Source: Gammaproteobacteria bacterium (GTDB taxonomy: Bacteria > Pseudomonadota > Gammaproteobacteria > Eutrophobiales > Eutrophobiaceae). From it: a stretch of DNA of 64,000 nucleotides. Below the pieces are notes generated by a model. That model saw nothing but the letters and a program-made list of their open reading frames with translations, ran no database searches and was not told where the DNA came from. The stretch covers positions 704,001 to 768,000 of the forward strand of contig CBDCTH010000012.1 in assembly GCA_965222155.1 (NCBI GenBank), given 5' to 3'. This document shows, piece after piece, positions 54,772-64,000 of the stretch. A program made the position numbers and the translations under genes. Each line of letters starts with the position of its first letter. Positions within the stretch are counted from its first letter, which is position 1.

Positions 54772-55799
54772 TGATGCACAATTTCTATCAACTTCCCGTG
54801 ACGGAGCTGGAACAGCGTTATGAAGCCCTGGTGCGTGACGCGTTGCCCCTATGGAATATTGATCGCACGTCAGTGTTGAGATTGTTCAAGGTACGTGAGA
54901 ATGCCGTGTACGAGGTAATTGACCAGGCTACGGCTGCCAGATACGTTGTCCGCGTCCACCGGGCGAATTACCACAGTGACGCCGAGCTCCGCTCCGAATG
55001 GCAGTGGATAGGCAGTCTGAGGGAATACGGAGTACTGACGCCTGTCCTGCGCCGTTCAAGTTATAACCGCATGTTTGAAATGGTGGAGTCGACCGCGGTC
55101 CCGGAGCCACGCCAGGTTGATATCGTCGACTGGATAGAAGGTAAGCAGTTGGGAAGCGTTGAGGCGGGATTGGAAGGTACTGCGAGTGAGATATGCGAAC
55201 AGTTTATGACCCTGGGCAGCATCATGGCCAGGATGCACAACCATGTCGAACATTGGCGTGAACCGGCAGGTTTTACCCGCCATGCCTGGGACGTTGACGG
55301 TCTTACCGGAGATCAACCTTTCTGGGGACGCTTCTGGGAATTACCGGCCCTGAGTGCCTGGCAGAAAGACAGGATGATCAAGGTGAGGGACAAATTACGT
55401 GTCGAACTGACTGAATTTGGCGCGGCCCCGGACAGATACGGCTTAATCCATGCAGACCTGGTGTTTGAAAACATCCTGACAGGCGCAGATGGGGTACGGG
55501 TTATTGATTTCGATGACTGCGGCTACGGCTGGCACTTGTTTGATCTCGTTACCGCAATCATTTTCCTGCACGGCACAGAACATTTTGCCGTGGCGAAACA
55601 AACGCTGATTGCGGGTTACCGGAAAAACAGAACTCTGACGGATGAGCATTTAGCCTGGCTGCCGGTCATTCTCATGGCGCGGGCGACCACCTACCTCGGT
55701 TGGATGCATACCCGTTCCGAAACGGAAACAGCGAGGGAAATGACCCCGTACATCATCGAACTGGTTTTGAACCTCGCGGAAAATTACCTGAGTGTCTGA
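54768..55799 (+). CDS. APH/type II homoserine kinase-like phosphotransferase
   Basis: RENAVY, VRVHR, GLIHADL..ENIL, IDFDDCGYGW. Confidence 0.88.
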   Translation: MMMHNFYQLPVTELEQRYEALVRDALPLWNIDRTSVLRLFKVRENAVYEVIDQATAARYVVRVHRANYHSDAELRSEWQWIGSLREYGVLTPVLRRSSYNRMFEMVESTAVPEPRQVDIVDWIEGKQLGSVEAGLEGTASEICEQFMTLGSIMARMHNHVEHWREPAGFTRHAWDVDGLTGDQPFWGRFWELPALSAWQKDRMIKVRDKLRVELTEFGAAPDRYGLIHADLVFENILTGADGVRVIDFDDCGYGWHLFDLVTAIIFLHGTEHFAVAKQTLIAGYRKNRTLTDEHLAWLPVILMARATTYLGWMHTRSETETAREMTPYIIELVLNLAENYLSV

Positions 55800-57165
55800 A
55801 CAGGCTCTGCAAAGAACGGCGCTCATTGTCGTCTGCCTGGGTGCATTTATCACCCCGTTGATGCTGTCGGCCGTAAACGTGGCCATCCCCACTATCGCGC
55901 AGGGATTAAAAATGGACGCGATAACAGCGAGCTGGGTCCCATTGGCTTACCTGTTATCAAGCAGCGTTTTTTTATTACCGTTCGGCCGGCTTGGCGATAT
56001 GTATGGACGCAAGAAAATGTTCCTGTCAGGAATGATAACGGTGACCATTGCTTCCATTCTTGCATCAATTGCCCCATCGGCACTGTTTCTGATCCTGGGC
56101 AGGATGTTGCAGGGGATGGGGGCAGCCATGTTGTTCGGTACCGGCATTGCCATCCTGTCTTCCGTTTTTCCCCCGGAGAAACGCGGAAGGGTGTTGGGGC
56201 TGTCAGTTTCTTCGGTTTACCTGGGACTGACCTGCGGGCCTTTTGCCGGTGGCTGGGTCACCCAGCATTTCGGTTGGCGCAGTGTGTTTATATTCCACAT
56301 CCCGGTGGTCGTCCTGGTCATTGTCCTGGCACTGCTGAATTTAAAGGGGGAGTGGCGCGGTCCGTCCGGGCAGAAATTCGATTTTCCCGGCACGTTTATC
56401 TACGGCGCGACCGTGATTGCCCTCATGTACGGCTTTTCGACCCTGCCTGGTCCCTCCGGGTTTGCCTTGATCCTGCTGAGCGGAATCGGCTTTGTCGTTT
56501 TTTTCAGGTACGAAAAGCGGCTGCAGCATCCCCTCTTCAATGTCAACCTGTTTTCTGAAAATCCGGTGTTTACCTATTCCTGTATAGCCGCGCTCATTAT
56601 GTATTCATCCACATTTTCTATGACGTTTCTTATGAGTCTGTACCTGCAGAATATCAGGGGGTTTACGCCACAGTCTGCCGGGCTGATAATGATCTCCCAG
56701 CCCCTGGTCATGACGTTGTTTTCTCCGCTTGCAGGCAGAATGTCGGATCGCCATGAACCGCGCTTCATTGCTTCTTCGGGGATGGGTCTGACGGCAATCG
56801 GCCTGGCCTTGCTGGCTACGGAAAACCCGCAGACACCAACCGTATTTATCGTGCTGACTTTAATGCTCACAGGTCTGGGATTTGCCTTGTTCAGCTCTCC
56901 GAACACCAATGCCATCCTGAGTTCGGTGGACAGGAAATACCTGGGCGCGGCCTCCGGGACGGTGGCGACCACACGCGTTATCGGTCAGATGTTCAGCATG
57001 GGCATCGTGACATTAATCTTTGCCCTGATGTTAGGCCCCGTGCAGTTCACACCGGAGCAACACGGTCAATTACTCGCCAGTATCAACACCAGCTTTATAG
57101 TGACATCCCTGCTTTGTTTTATCGGTGTCTATTTTTCACTTAAGAGAGGAAACCTGCGCGTCTGA
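55792..57165 (+). CDS. MFS transporter (DHA2-like, about 14 TM)
   Basis: VNVAIP, GRLGDMYGRKK motif A, GRMLQG. Confidence 0.92.
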   Translation: MSEQALQRTALIVVCLGAFITPLMLSAVNVAIPTIAQGLKMDAITASWVPLAYLLSSSVFLLPFGRLGDMYGRKKMFLSGMITVTIASILASIAPSALFLILGRMLQGMGAAMLFGTGIAILSSVFPPEKRGRVLGLSVSSVYLGLTCGPFAGGWVTQHFGWRSVFIFHIPVVVLVIVLALLNLKGEWRGPSGQKFDFPGTFIYGATVIALMYGFSTLPGPSGFALILLSGIGFVVFFRYEKRLQHPLFNVNLFSENPVFTYSCIAALIMYSSTFSMTFLMSLYLQNIRGFTPQSAGLIMISQPLVMTLFSPLAGRMSDRHEPRFIASSGMGLTAIGLALLATENPQTPTVFIVLTLMLTGLGFALFSSPNTNAILSSVDRKYLGAASGTVATTRVIGQMFSMGIVTLIFALMLGPVQFTPEQHGQLLASINTSFIVTSLLCFIGVYFSLKRGNLRV

Positions 57166-57167
57166 CG

Positions 57168-57734
57168 TCAATACCAGGGAGACATGCTGTAGTCCAGGGG
57201 CAGGTCATCATAATGGCCCATGGTGGTGGTAAATGCCCGGTTTGAGTAGAGCAGGGGTTTCTTGCCGCCATTGACGATCACGTCCTTTACCTCGCCTATA
57301 ATGACCGCATGGGTGTGAGCGACCAGCATTTCTTCTACAGTGCAATCAAAACCTGCCAGGGCCTCCTCCAGCACCGGCGCGCCGGTTACCAGTTCAGTCC
57401 ATTTGCCGTAGTTAAAACGATCTTCACGCTTATCACCAAGCATGTCGGCAAAACGTTTAGCCAGCGTTTCCTGGCTCTGCGCCAGCACGTTGACGCTCAT
57501 GCAACGACTTTCCGCTATATGCTGAAAGCTGTTGCCGCTGAAATTCACACAGGCCAGGAGGCGCGGGGGCTCAGTCGAAAAAGAACAGACAGCACTCGCG
57601 GTCAATCCCGACCTGACCTCGCCATTGCGGGTGGCGATAATGTTCACAGCGCCGGTCAACAGGGCCATGCCGGAGCGAAACCGGTCAGCGTCGATATTGG
57701 TATCTCGAAGAAATTTTTTCATAGTCATTATCAA
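57168..57734 (-). CDS. Flavin reductase (HpaC/RutF-like)
   Basis: GLTASAVCSFSTEPP, VTGAPVL, THAVIIGEV, PLLY. Confidence 0.9.
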   Translation of the reverse strand: MIMTMKKFLRDTNIDADRFRSGMALLTGAVNIIATRNGEVRSGLTASAVCSFSTEPPRLLACVNFSGNSFQHIAESRCMSVNVLAQSQETLAKRFADMLGDKREDRFNYGKWTELVTGAPVLEEALAGFDCTVEEMLVAHTHAVIIGEVKDVIVNGGKKPLLYSNRAFTTTMGHYDDLPLDYSMSPWY

Positions 57735-57782
57735 CTGGATAATCCACGCTGATTATCAATGATCAGCGGGATAATTTAAACA

Positions 57783-58025
57783 AGCCTGGATTTCTCACCA
57801 GGCCGCTTGTTGCTATCGGAAACATGTTTGCTGTCAATGGATTATAGTAGTATCCCCACTTTTTCGACATTACAGACTGCGCTTGATGCGCCCTTGCTTG
57901 TCTTTTTTGCGCCAGTGGGCACGTGCTCCCTCAACCAGAGCTACTGCTATGCTTTCGGTCGCAGGCACCCACTGGCGCAAAAAATCCGGCGCAAACATCG
58001 CATCGCCTGGTGAGAAATCCGGGCT
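57783..58025. mobile_element. 243-bp MITE-like element
   Basis: 21-bp TIRs AGCCTGGATTTCTCACCAGGC / GCCTGGTGAGAAATCCGGGCT (one mismatch); inner 17-bp perfect IR at 57903-57919 and 57968-57984; no transposase. Confidence 0.75.
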
Positions 58026-58195
58026 AGCCGTTTCTCACACTCCAGGCAATGTTTCACATTGCCGCCAAGGTTATGGTACGGTAAGTGCCGTTGACTTGCT
58101 ATAAGACCAGAGAGGACGAACAATGCTCAGAACAGGTAAAGAATATCTGGAATCAGTACGCGACGGTCGCCGCGTCCTTTGTGGTGGTGAATGGA

Positions 58196-58993
58196 ATGAA
58201 TAATACCCGTGCATCTGCGAAGTATATGGCATTCCTGGAGACGTTGGTCGAACAGGCCGGGGAGATTGCACTGAAATATTTCCGCAGTGAACTGACGGTA
58301 ACCGATAAACGCCAGAAGGGAAAAGCATTTGACCCTGTCACCCAGGCGGACAGGGAAACAGAGAGGTTCATCCGGGAGAGGATCGCTGCCGTTTATCCGG
58401 GTCATGCCATTATCGGTGAGGAGTTCGGTACAAAAGTGGGGGCGGATTCATTTACCTGGCTGGTTGATCCCATTGACGGCACCCGGGGGTTTATTTCAGG
58501 CACCCCCATGTGGGGAGTGTTGATAGGTCTGAAACGGGCTGATGAATGCCTGGTCGGCGCCATGCGCCAACCCTATACCGCGGAAACCTGGGTAGGTGAC
58601 GGCAAGTCGGCTTATTTCATACGCCGGCATGAACGCACCCGTATCAGAGTACGGGGGAGCGCAAGCCTGGATGAAGCCATCGTGTGTTGCACTCATCCCG
58701 CCATGTACCCGACTGATGAAACACGGGAAAAATTTATGGGCGTCATCGACGTATGCCGCTTTTCCCGTTATGGAACGGAGTGTCTGGGCTACGGGATGCT
58801 GGCGAGCGGTTACGTTGACCTGGTTGTCGAAGGAGGACTGGCGGCCTATGACATTATGCCCCTGATCCCTGTTGTTGAAGGCGCCGGTGGTATCATTACC
58901 GACTGGCAGGGCAATACGGCCATAAATGGTGGGCTGATAGTTGCCGCGGCGAGCAAAAAGTTACACGAAGGAGTCCTGGATTTATTGAACTGA
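58196..58993 (+). CDS. Inositol monophosphatase family, histidinol-phosphatase HisN-like
   Basis: DPVTQAD, IIGEE, DPIDGT, YDIMPL. Start ATG 58196 estimated. Confidence 0.85.
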   Translation: MNNTRASAKYMAFLETLVEQAGEIALKYFRSELTVTDKRQKGKAFDPVTQADRETERFIRERIAAVYPGHAIIGEEFGTKVGADSFTWLVDPIDGTRGFISGTPMWGVLIGLKRADECLVGAMRQPYTAETWVGDGKSAYFIRRHERTRIRVRGSASLDEAIVCCTHPAMYPTDETREKFMGVIDVCRFSRYGTECLGYGMLASGYVDLVVEGGLAAYDIMPLIPVVEGAGGIITDWQGNTAINGGLIVAAASKKLHEGVLDLLN

Positions 58994-59043
58994 ATGCTGT
59001 TTGTGGTAACCTGTGCCGTCCGTAGTTCCATTTATATATCAGA

Positions 59044-59535
59044 ATGGCCATGATAGAAGAACTTCTCCTCAACAACAGACGCTATGCCGATAATTTTGAC
59101 AAAGGCGACCTGCCCTTGCCGCCTGCGCGTAAACTGGCGATCGTGGCCTGTATGGATGCCCGTCTGGACCCTCACCGGGTCCTGGGCCTTGAAGAAGGTG
59201 ACGCACACGTGATACGTAACGCCGGCGGCGTGGTCAGCGACGACGTAATCCGCTCACTGGTTATTTCCCAGCGCTTGCTCGGTACCCGGGAAATCGCGTT
59301 AATCCACCATACGGATTGCGGGATGCTGACTTTTCGCGATGATGAGATCAAAGACGGTATCGAAGCAGATACCGGCCTGCGCCCGGCGTTCGCGCTGGAG
59401 GCATTCAGGGACCTTGAGCAGAATGTACGCCAGTCGATGTCTCGTATCCACGCGAGCCCGTTCATACCCCATAAAGATCAGGTTCGCGGTTTCATCTACG
59501 ACTGCGCCACGGGTCGACTCAACGAGGTTTCCTGA
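59044..59535 (+). CDS. Beta-class carbonic anhydrase (short clade D type)
   Basis: CMDAR, RNAGG, HHTDCG zinc ligands. Confidence 0.92.
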   Translation: MAMIEELLLNNRRYADNFDKGDLPLPPARKLAIVACMDARLDPHRVLGLEEGDAHVIRNAGGVVSDDVIRSLVISQRLLGTREIALIHHTDCGMLTFRDDEIKDGIEADTGLRPAFALEAFRDLEQNVRQSMSRIHASPFIPHKDQVRGFIYDCATGRLNEVS

Positions 59536-59645
59536 TAATAAACAGGGGAGATTGTCTGTTTCGACAATCCTCTCAAACCACAGGTTACCCGAGGTGGTTC
59601 ATCCTTTATCAGTGCATACCTGCTTAATCTGCGGATAATACGTTT

Positions 59646-60713
59646 ATGAAGAGGATTATTAAATTATTGGTTATCTGTTATGCCGCGCTTGCTTACGGTC
59701 AGGAAGACGGGTACCAGGCAGCTCTGGTGATGTATACGGAAGCAATAGAAAAACCTGTCGAACAGGTGGTGCAACTGCCGGGTTACGTCGAGGCGCCCAA
59801 CGTCAGTATACTTGCCAGTGAAACAGATGGGCTGGTTACGGAACTCAAGGTAAGGGAAGGGGATCGGGTGGCCAGGGGTCAAGCCCTGGTGATGCTCCGC
59901 ACCACGCCGTTGGAATTGAAACTGCAGGCTGCGCAAGCCCGCTTGAAAGAAGCCCGGGCACGGGAAAAGCTGGCGGAAAAAAACCTGGAACGGTTCAGGG
60001 GTCTGGCTGAATCAAAGACCATATCGCTTCAGCAACTTGATGAATCACAATATGAATACGATGCCTGGCAGAGCCGTATCGAAACATTGCGCGCAGAGAT
60101 TGCGAGTATTCAATTTGATATAAAACGGAGCACGATCCGTGCGCCGTTTAATGGTGTAGTGGTTTCCCGCCATACTGAAGTCGGGCAGTGGAGTAACGTC
60201 GGCGACAGCGTGTTGGAAGTTTTGTCTACGGATATTCAGGAAGTTCACGTGGATGTCCCGGAAAAATATTTCAATGATATTAAAGTTGGTGAGGAGGTGA
60301 GCGTTACCTTCGACTCTTTTCCCGGCCAGACTTATCCAGCCTATATACGCACATTTATTCCCAGGATGGATACCAGTGCCCATACTTTTACAGTGAAACT
60401 GCGGTTAAGCAATTCCAGCGAAAATATCGGTGCCGGGATGCTCGCACGGGTGACGTTTGCACTGGGACAATCCAGGGTAGGCACGCTGGTTCCCAAGGAT
60501 GCCATCGTGCAGCAGGGTGGTATTACTGTGGTGTACCTGGTCAAAGGAGGCAGCGCCATCCCGGCGCCGGTGACGCCCGGCACCGCCATGGGGTTGTGGA
60601 CAGTGGTAGACGGCGATGTTTTCCCGGGAGATAAGGTGATTACCCGCGGTAATGAACGATTACAGCCCGGCCAGCCCGTGCAGGGCGAAGTGATTCAATA
60701 CCTGTCCCCATGA
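59646..60713 (+). CDS. RND efflux periplasmic adaptor (MFP)
   Basis: VREGDRV, coiled coil, IRAPFNG, VPKDAI. Confidence 0.92.
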   Translation: MKRIIKLLVICYAALAYGQEDGYQAALVMYTEAIEKPVEQVVQLPGYVEAPNVSILASETDGLVTELKVREGDRVARGQALVMLRTTPLELKLQAAQARLKEARAREKLAEKNLERFRGLAESKTISLQQLDESQYEYDAWQSRIETLRAEIASIQFDIKRSTIRAPFNGVVVSRHTEVGQWSNVGDSVLEVLSTDIQEVHVDVPEKYFNDIKVGEEVSVTFDSFPGQTYPAYIRTFIPRMDTSAHTFTVKLRLSNSSENIGAGMLARVTFALGQSRVGTLVPKDAIVQQGGITVVYLVKGGSAIPAPVTPGTAMGLWTVVDGDVFPGDKVITRGNERLQPGQPVQGEVIQYLSP

Positions 60714-63700
60714 ACCTGATAAGGACCTGTATCAGCTACCCGGTTTCAACCGCAGTGGGCGTTATCCTGCTGCTGCTGTTCGGCATAATTTCGTTTCTGC
60801 GGCTGCCCGTACAGTTGACGCCTGACGTCGACAAGCCGGAAATTACAGTGACAACCTACTGGCCCGGGGCGAGCCCCCTGGAGGTTGAGCGGGACATCAT
60901 CGATGAGCAGGAAGAGGAACTTAAATCTCTGGAAGGACTGGTGCAGATGCGTAGCGAGAGCCATGATGGTTTCGGGGTGATCACGCTGCGGTTTCAGACG
61001 GGTACCGATAAGGATGCCGCCAGGCTCAAGGTATCGAATCACCTGGACCAGGTGGAGTCCTATCCCACCAACGTTGAGAAGCCTGTGATTTCGGGTCAGT
61101 CCGGAGTCGCGGGCGCGATAGCCTGGTTCCACCTGGATCCCACCGAGGAAAACGGCTTCGAAGGCGATATATCCACTACGTATGATTTTGTCGATGATTA
61201 CGTCATACCCGAACTGGAGCGGGTGGAAGGCGTCTCATCAGCTAACACCTACGGTGGTCGTGAAGCAGAGATCCACGTCATCGTTGATCCGGCAAAGCTG
61301 GCATTGCGTCGAGTGACGCTGACGCAGCTTGCCGACGCTATCGAACGGGAAAACCGTAATTACAGCGGCGGCGACTTTGACGAAGGCAAGCGGCGTTATA
61401 TCGTGCGTACCGTGGGTGAATATCAATCCCCGCGAGACCTGGAAAACATCGTCATTGCCAACCGCAACAACGTGCCGATCTACCTGCGTGACGTGGCTCG
61501 GGTAGAGTTGACCCACGAGAAGCCCACGGGCGCGATATTCAGTCTGCATAATAAAAGTATCGCGTTGAACATCCAGCGCCAGACGGGGGCCAATGAACTG
61601 GACGTAATGAACGAGGTAAGGAAGAAGCAGGAAAAGCTCAACCGGGAAGTACTGGGCCCCCGCGGTTTGCAACTGGTGCATGCATGGGACCAGACCGGCT
61701 ACATCAACAGCGCCATAGGACTGGTACGCAATAACCTGTTAATCGGCGGCACTCTGGCTATTATCGTATTGCTGATATTTTTACGCAGCGCCAGCAGTAC
61801 GCTGATCCTCGCTCTCGCCATTCCCATCAGTATTGTCGGGACGTTTTTGATGATGGCCGTGTTCAATCGGAGCATCAACGTCATCAGTCTGGCCGGCCTG
61901 GCGTTTGCAACCGGCATGGTGGTGGATAATTCCATTGTGGTGCTGGAGAATATCTACCGGCATCGGCAGGCCGGTCAATCATTATTCAGCGCGGCGTATA
62001 GCGGCGCCACAGAGGTATGGGGAGCAGTCCTGGCCAGTACCCTGACAACTATTGCCGTATTCGCCCCGGTGGTGTTGATCGAAGAAGACATAGGAAAATT
62101 ACTGGCTGATATCGCGGTTGCAATCAGTTGCGCGGTAGGACTGAGCCTGGTTATTGCCATTACGGTGATTCCAACCCTGTCGGCGCGTCTCCTCAACGTA
62201 GCGGGAGAGACCCCAACCGCCGGCGGATTTCGCTCTCTCTGGGGGGGCGTGCGCCTGGCTTCGGCAGTCAGGGACCGGATTGCCTCATTGTCCCACTGGA
62301 TCAATGCTACGGTCCTGCGCCGTCTGCTTGTTGTGGGTGTGTGCGTTACCCTGGCCGTAATTATCAGCCTGGTCATCAAACCCAAGACGGAGTACCTGCC
62401 CGCGGGTGATACCGATTTTCTGTTTGGCCTGCTGTTGCCGCCACCGGGCTATACGGTGGCGGAACGGGCCGGGATTCACGGCGTGTTCTCCGGGGCTTTG
62501 GAAGACCTGATGGAATATCCGGCCGGGTCGGTCGAGGCGGAAGCTTTACCCGGCGGCGGACTGCATGTTTTCTTCTATGGTTTCGAGGGTAGCGTAATCT
62601 TTATGGGGGTGACCTCCAACGACCCGCGCCGAACGAAAGAATTGTACCCGATCTTTCACGATGCCATGGTCAGTGTTCCCGGCGCTATCCCCATCCTGCA
62701 ACAATGGGGTATCTTTGAAGAAGAAAGTGGTGAAGGCCGCAGTATTGATGTTGAAATAAAAGGGCCGGAACTGGAAAGACTGATTGCCCTGGGCGGGGAG
62801 GTCTTTCAAAAATCCTTTGCAGTGTTGCCCGGCGCCCAGGCGTTTCCCATCCCTGGCCTGGACCTGGGAAACCCTGAGCTTCAGGTGGTTACGGATCGAC
62901 GCCGGGCCGCGCAACTTGACATAAGCAATCGCGACCTGGGCTTTACTGTGAATGCTCTGGTGGACGGCGCCAAGGTCAGTGATTACCAGTATGAGGGCAA
63001 GGAAATCGATATCCGGCTGAAAGCTGAAGACAGCTTTATCCACAGCACCCATACGCTGGAGCAGATGCCCATCGCCTCGCCGGATGGTCGTCTCGTGACG
63101 CTTGGATCTGTTGCTGACGTATCACTCACCTACGGCCCGGTGCAGATCAATCACCGGGAAAGGGAACGGACCATCACTATACGGGTACAGCCCGCCGATG
63201 AAATGCCTACGGAAACGGCAATGGAGGTCATACAGGATCAGATCATCGGTCCCATGAAGGAAAGAGGGGACCTCGGTGGAGTCTACAAGGCCGAGCTGAC
63301 GGGTAGCGCCGATAAACTGGTGGCCGCGGGTAACGCACTGAAATGGAACCTGCTGCTTGCTGTCATTATCACGTTCCTGCTGATGTCCGCCCTGTTTGAG
63401 AGTTTTCTATATCCTTTTGTCATCATGTTCAGCGTACCCCTGGCGATACTGGGAGGACTTATCGGCCTGGCCCTGGTCAATGCGACCATTGCCTATCAAC
63501 CCCTGGACGTATTGACGATGCTTGGATTCATCATCCTCCTGGGTACGGTAGTCAATAATCCCATATTGATCGTGCACCAGTCCCTGAACCATATCAGGAA
63601 AGCGGGGATGGAATCCCATGAGGCGATTCGGGAGGCAGTACGAAATCGGATCCGTCCCATTTTCATGAGCGCCGGCACCTCAACGTTTGCCATGTTGCCC

Positions 63701-63892
63701 CTGATCCTCGCCCCGGGGGCCGGTTCGGAGTTATACCGGGGCATAGGCGGCGTAGTGGTCGGCGGCCTGCTGGTTTCCACCGTGTTTACCCTGTTTATCG
63801 TCCCCGCCATGCTGAGCCTGGTGTTTGACCTGCGCAAGCTGCTGACGGGAAATCCGGACGGCGCGGTCAACGCAGAAGTATTGCTGGATTAA
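60710..63892 (+). CDS. RND efflux permease
   Basis: LPVQLTP, GMVVDNSIVVLENI, RIRPIFMS; 1060 aa. Confidence 0.95.
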   Translation: MNLIRTCISYPVSTAVGVILLLLFGIISFLRLPVQLTPDVDKPEITVTTYWPGASPLEVERDIIDEQEEELKSLEGLVQMRSESHDGFGVITLRFQTGTDKDAARLKVSNHLDQVESYPTNVEKPVISGQSGVAGAIAWFHLDPTEENGFEGDISTTYDFVDDYVIPELERVEGVSSANTYGGREAEIHVIVDPAKLALRRVTLTQLADAIERENRNYSGGDFDEGKRRYIVRTVGEYQSPRDLENIVIANRNNVPIYLRDVARVELTHEKPTGAIFSLHNKSIALNIQRQTGANELDVMNEVRKKQEKLNREVLGPRGLQLVHAWDQTGYINSAIGLVRNNLLIGGTLAIIVLLIFLRSASSTLILALAIPISIVGTFLMMAVFNRSINVISLAGLAFATGMVVDNSIVVLENIYRHRQAGQSLFSAAYSGATEVWGAVLASTLTTIAVFAPVVLIEEDIGKLLADIAVAISCAVGLSLVIAITVIPTLSARLLNVAGETPTAGGFRSLWGGVRLASAVRDRIASLSHWINATVLRRLLVVGVCVTLAVIISLVIKPKTEYLPAGDTDFLFGLLLPPPGYTVAERAGIHGVFSGALEDLMEYPAGSVEAEALPGGGLHVFFYGFEGSVIFMGVTSNDPRRTKELYPIFHDAMVSVPGAIPILQQWGIFEEESGEGRSIDVEIKGPELERLIALGGEVFQKSFAVLPGAQAFPIPGLDLGNPELQVVTDRRRAAQLDISNRDLGFTVNALVDGAKVSDYQYEGKEIDIRLKAEDSFIHSTHTLEQMPIASPDGRLVTLGSVADVSLTYGPVQINHRERERTITIRVQPADEMPTETAMEVIQDQIIGPMKERGDLGGVYKAELTGSADKLVAAGNALKWNLLLAVIITFLLMSALFESFLYPFVIMFSVPLAILGGLIGLALVNATIAYQPLDVLTMLGFIILLGTVVNNPILIVHQSLNHIRKAGMESHEAIREAVRNRIRPIFMSAGTSTFAMLPLILAPGAGSELYRGIGGVVVGGLLVSTVFTLFIVPAMLSLVFDLRKLLTGNPDGAVNAEVLLD

Positions 63893-63929
63893 CGTTTCCC
63901 AGGCAAACCCTGCCGTTATCAAGCCCTGT

Positions 63930-63963
63930 CGTCATACCGGACAGGGATTGTCCGGTATCCAGT
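63930..63963. repeat. REP-like palindrome related to family A
   Basis: CGTCATACCGGACA-GGGAT-TGTCCGGTATCCAGT. Confidence 0.65.
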
Positions 63964-64000
63964 CACAAGGATGTGAGAAGTTCAGAATTAACCGACCTCA

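Overview
Chromosomal window of a Gammaproteobacterium, judged from gene order (groESL, trxA-rho, lptM-lysA, glnA-ntrBC, purM/DUF2066/hda/wrbA/arsC/proS, ilvIHC-pssA). The first ~30 kb is housekeeping, but its intergenic spaces are full of short palindromic elements from at least six families. These include REPIN-like paired inverted repeats with ~35-nt diverged spacers, nested insertions and end-derived tandem repeats; a further palindromic element sits in frame inside vapC in the accessory half. An unannotated, strongly structured ~240-nt candidate ncRNA lies between proS and ilvI. The second half is accessory. (i) A co-oriented catabolic island: MalT/LuxR regulator, amidase, TonB-dependent receptor, M24 hydrolase with a creatinase/EutD-like altered metal site, LLM oxidoreductase, a small barrel protein and two DUF1989 paralogues. 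(ii) phbB, ald/aldR, vapBC and a FadB/FadN-like fusion. (iii) An AT-rich restriction-modification-like cassette: fused double amino-MTase plus a convergent Cys-rich HNH-like gene, flanked by an 11-bp direct repeat. (iv) A second TBDR-amidase-kinase-MFS cluster, a MITE, hisN-like and beta-CA genes, and an RND pair. All calls come from reading motifs by eye; no database search or folding was run. No rRNA, tRNA, CRISPR array or transposase gene was seen.
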